Source of the DNA: Squalus acanthias
Taxonomy: Eukaryota
Reading direction: 5' to 3'
DNA length: 64,000 bases
NCBI GenBank assembly: GCA_030390025.1
Contig: CM059438.1
Span: forward strand, 64,916,001 to 64,980,000
Shown here: in pieces, positions 60,040 through 64,000 of the stretch
Layout of the letters: every line of letters starts with the position of its first letter
Position numbering within the stretch: position 1 is the stretch's first letter
The notes under the pieces: model-generated
Seen by the model: only the letters and a program-made list of their open reading frames with translations
What the model was told of the DNA's origin: nothing
Databases searched by the model: none
Program-made: the position numbers and the translations under genes

Positions 60040-60872
60040 TAATGCTCGCTGTCAAGTACCAGTGGGCAACTCACACCGATAGAACTCTACCTAAAGAAGG
60101 GGAGAATATTGTCTGGAAGAAACAAGTGCAGAAAATGTTAGAGTAATAGTTACCTGCTCCAGAGAATGCGTTTCCAAATATATATGAGTTAGTGCTTGAT
60201 CAATGTGCTGGTCATACTTAGTAGAAGAACATCGACATTGTATCAAACCGTATAAGCTGTCCAATTTGTAACAATTTTGATCCTTTTGATGGTACCAAGT
60301 TACAATGTGAAGCATCCTTTAAACACTTGGCTATATGATGTTGCAATTGTCCCCTAGAAAGATAATGGCAGCTCTCCTTGCAGGAGATGTGGAGCTCCTA
60401 CATTGTTGCATAGACAGCTCCTTAAGAATTCAGTGGTATTTCTGAGCTATTTTTCCAATGGTTACTTTCCCATGTGTGAGGAGCACGTAAATGATGCACC
60501 TAACTTAGTGCTGTCGTTCTTTTGAGCAAAAACATGACTTGTGGGAATGCAAGAATTTCAACTTCTGAAAATTGAAGGTGAGCTCCTCCAATCGTTGTAT
60601 TTTGTTGAAATGATTTTTCTAGTTGCAGTGTTTGTGCTTGCCTGGAGATTGTCAATAAGGCACCAAACCTAAATGTTCTCGAAGCACATCTGGGTTTGAT
60701 TTTTTTTAATATACTTTCCTGTCAATGAAATTATTGTGGGGGGTTTCTGTAAAGTTTACTGAATTGTACAGTTGCTGCTGAATGATTGAAAACTAGCACA
60801 ATCTCTAGGAAATGGCAGAATTGACATGAATCTTGTCATTCATGTGGAAATGACTTATGAAATAATACTGGG

Positions 60873-60891
60873 CGGCCTGCTGGTGGCGCTG
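60873..60891 (+). promoter_or_regulatory. Candidate CTCF site
   Basis: CGGCCTGCTGGTGGCGCTG compared with consensus TGGCCASCAGRKGGCGCTR, in non-repeat sequence; motif match only. Confidence 0.35.
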
Positions 60892-61719
60892 TCCAGGGAG
60901 AGTATGAATACTCGGGCATGGGCCCAGCTTGCTCAGGACATTCTTTAACAGGAACTAGTGAAGGACACAACTAGATCTCCATGTTGAAAAACAGTTGATT
61001 AAAGCCTTGTTTAACGCTTAGACCAAGTGCCTAGTAGTTTTCTTACGTCAAGAATATTGAGGATATTTATAACATCATGTATCAAAGAATGTCATCAATT
61101 ACTGGAATATAATTGTAAATCAATCCATTATACTAATCCAATGCCATTCTCAAACTGCCTCTTAAAAACCCAACTCGGCAGGGCAAGCCACTTTTCATTT
61201 TATATTCAATTCTTTTCAAAAAATGAATTCGCCAGATGCACGATTCTTAAAAAAAAAGTACACTAAAATGTTCTGCAGTGATCTCTCAACCACTTGCTGT
61301 AACGTTTTTAATCATTGTTGCTTTTCATAATCATCATTTTAGAGGCCTTCTCATTCTCCCTAGTTTGATCAAACAACCAATTACAAAAGGGAAATGAAGC
61401 TGTTTGGACTCAAATGTTGAAGAATAATTGTCAAGTGATTTTTAATTATTGGGATAAGGGTTTATGTGATTTTTTTTTAGATCTGAAAACTCCGAAAAAT
61501 GCTGTGTCTCAAATAATATCACCATCCCTTTCTCTCGCTTTCTTGTCAATTATTTCCGTAGATCTTTCAGTGAAAATATCACTCTCAAGCTTTGCTAATG
61601 AATTCAATTGTTTTTGTGCTCTTCGCAGTGTTTCTGCCAGAAAACAACATTTCAGCTGGTAGATTTCACACTCATCTGTTGCGTCAGTGCTAGGGAATGG
61701 CTTACTGTTGCGAAAATTA

Positions 61720-62140
61720 GACTTGTATTTATATCGTGCCTTTCACGATCTCAGGACGTCCCAAAGCACTTTACAGGCAATGAAGGACTTTTTGAACTGT
61801 AGTCACTGTTGTAAAGTAGGAAACGCGGCAGCCAATTTGCGCACAGCAAGGTTCCATAAACAGCAATGTGATATTGACCAGATAATCTGTTTTAGTAATG
61901 TTGGTTGAGGGATAAATATTGGCCAGGACAGCGGGGAGAACTCCCCTGCACTTCTTCAAAATAGTATCATTGGATTTTTTACGTCTATCTGAGAGAGCAG
62001 ATGGGGCCTCGGTTTAACGTCTCATCCGAAAGACTGCACTGAAATGTCAATCTAGATTATGTGCTCAAGTCTCTGGAGTGGGACTTGAATCTGCTACCTT
62101 CAGACTCAGAGGCGAGAGTGCTACCACTGAGCCATGACTG
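61720..62140 (-). mobile_element. DeuSINE copy, near full length
   Basis: Homologous to the reverse complement of 25289-25735, with A box, degenerate B box and tail. Confidence 0.88.
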
Positions 62141-64000
62141 ACACCTTTAGAGCCCTGCATCAGGTCAGGTGCACATTGAAGCTTCATTTACTGTGTCTTA
62201 ACAATTCACCTATTGTCTCACCTCAGGACATCTCTGGCTCTGCCAATCTGACATTATTTATCACCTCTGCCACTTTTCAGTAAGATTTCAAATTTGTTAT
62301 GAATGAATTGTGGGGAGTTCTATTCCCATTTCGCAATTGGGTTCAGATGACGCTAACTGACTTCACATCGAATCTTTGCTGTTATCAAGGAATGTCAAGT
62401 CTGCCATAAATCAAAACCCAGATCTCAATTGCAAGGACAGTAATGTTACGACTTAAACTGCTCGATTTGATGACTCCTGACAGATTATAACTGATCCAAG
62501 GTCACAGGGAGAAAGCAGCCAAGGGGAATAAAATGCACCTTGGAATTCCATGGTTCTTATGCTGATGCAGCCAAGGAAAAATCACTTGGGAAAAGGGAAA
62601 AGTCACAATTGATTATTTGGAAGTGGGTCAAGATAGATAACCTGAAGTTTTGTATAATTACCTTTGCAGGTTGAGAAGAAATGTTTGCAAAACTTTCCAA
62701 AAGGAAATAAATGAGGTGGAGTCCATGTCGGGCAAGATTGTATATGGTCTGTGGAAGGAATACTTGAAGCTTTCATCGGCCTTTTCTAGTTATTTGCCTT
62801 GTTGTTTACTCATAGTGGGTAAAATCTGAAAGCAAAGTACTTTGCAGTTACTCAAGCAACTCTGTTGGGGAAAGACCTTCTAAAACTCTGTGGCGATGTC
62901 CATCTTTGCTGTCTATTGTTTGTCGTGCACCTTCAAATGGGACATACCAAAGTAGATTGCTGAGTTTTGAAGGAGATTATGTTCCTGGAAGATCCAACAG
63001 CTAGAGTAAAGAGCACAAAATCTTGAAATGCATTTATTCACTTCTTTAGAAAAAATAAAATAAATTTGGAATTATTAGAAATGGAAAGCAGCAGACATGA
63101 ACAGCAGGGTCAAGATATCAGGAGTTTTTCCGTATCGGCAGATGCCATATTGGGAAACTGCTAACCTCCAGCCACGATTTTTCTTACAGAAAATAACAAG
63201 TTGAGGGTGCCCAATTGCCTGATATGCACTCCTAGTGTGTGGGGGAATATAACATCTCCCTTATCATTGGTTGACACAGCTCACTCCTGGAGATGGCTCA
63301 CTGAAGATAATCCAATTGGTGCCCGTTAAAGTTACAGGCAAAGTAATTTTCTACCGTCACTATCTCACAACATAATTTTTGGTCTTTGGTAACAGTTGCA
63401 AGAGAATTCAGCAGGTTCCGTTGCTACTTCAAGTTCATTAATGGTTTACAGCTTAAACCGTAACCCTTTCTTTTCACAGATTGCTGTTGGTCCTACTGTC
63501 TTGGATCCCATGTGTTTTCTTTGGTCTGTTTCATTGCTGTGACATTATTAGGGACGCTGGCTGGCAAGGGTCATTGCACCCAACACTCAAGGTGCTGCAG
63601 TAATGAACGCAGCTAATGCTCAATTATCTAAGGGATACTGATGCTATTTGATAATTTGGCGCACTAACTCCTTTAAGTGGGAAGATTGTGAGGGTATAAT
63701 TTATGATCAGCAAGAAGGACGACGATTGCAAACCTGTTTGAACATGTGAAGCTCCTTTTAGCAATGGCAGTAGCACGTTCAACTTTAATGAGTGTCACTT
63801 AGCAGCTTAAACAAGAGTTGCACAACAATCATATTTGTCTTACTCTTTGTAATGGCTCAGTGTTGTCCTTATTGTCTAACTCTCCTTTCATGTATTTTCA
63901 ATAATTTCTTATCCAATTGTTCTCCCTTCTCCTGAAATTGTTGACTCCTGATGGGTTACAGCTCCACAAGCTGCAGAAGCCTTCCAGTTCTTTACCCAAA

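Noticed and set aside
1..64000. CRISPR array, operon or other prokaryotic system
   Set aside because: The sequence is vertebrate repeat-rich DNA and has no regularly spaced repeat-spacer array.

Overview
Repeat-dense vertebrate genomic DNA, most likely from a cartilaginous fish (shark), judging by HE1-like and DeuSINE/SacSINE1-like SINEs plus CR1, L2, RTE and Penelope-type repeats. No intact host protein-coding gene is recognisable, and almost every long ORF is transposon-derived. Main structures: (1) a PIF/Harbinger DNA-transposon system made of three gene-bearing elements (HARBI1-like DDE transposase plus a spliced Myb/SANT gene) and eight TIR-bounded MITEs with 3-bp TSDs, including a nest at 30010-37268 of four Harbinger-type elements three levels deep, with a Y-NNN-R target context at all 11 sites; (2) an RTE LINE with a twin-priming-type 5' inversion (49590-51675); (3) Penelope-type repeats carrying minimal hammerhead ribozyme motifs, twice in inverted-pair configuration; (4) three LTR-like units: a CpG-rich 1.66-kb solo LTR with a 4-bp TSD, a 0.67-kb solo LTR with a 5-bp TSD, and a ~1.2-kb LTR followed by a tRNA-His-like PBS and a splice donor. 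Coordinates were counted by hand and may be off by a few bases. Family names come from recognition, not from database searches.
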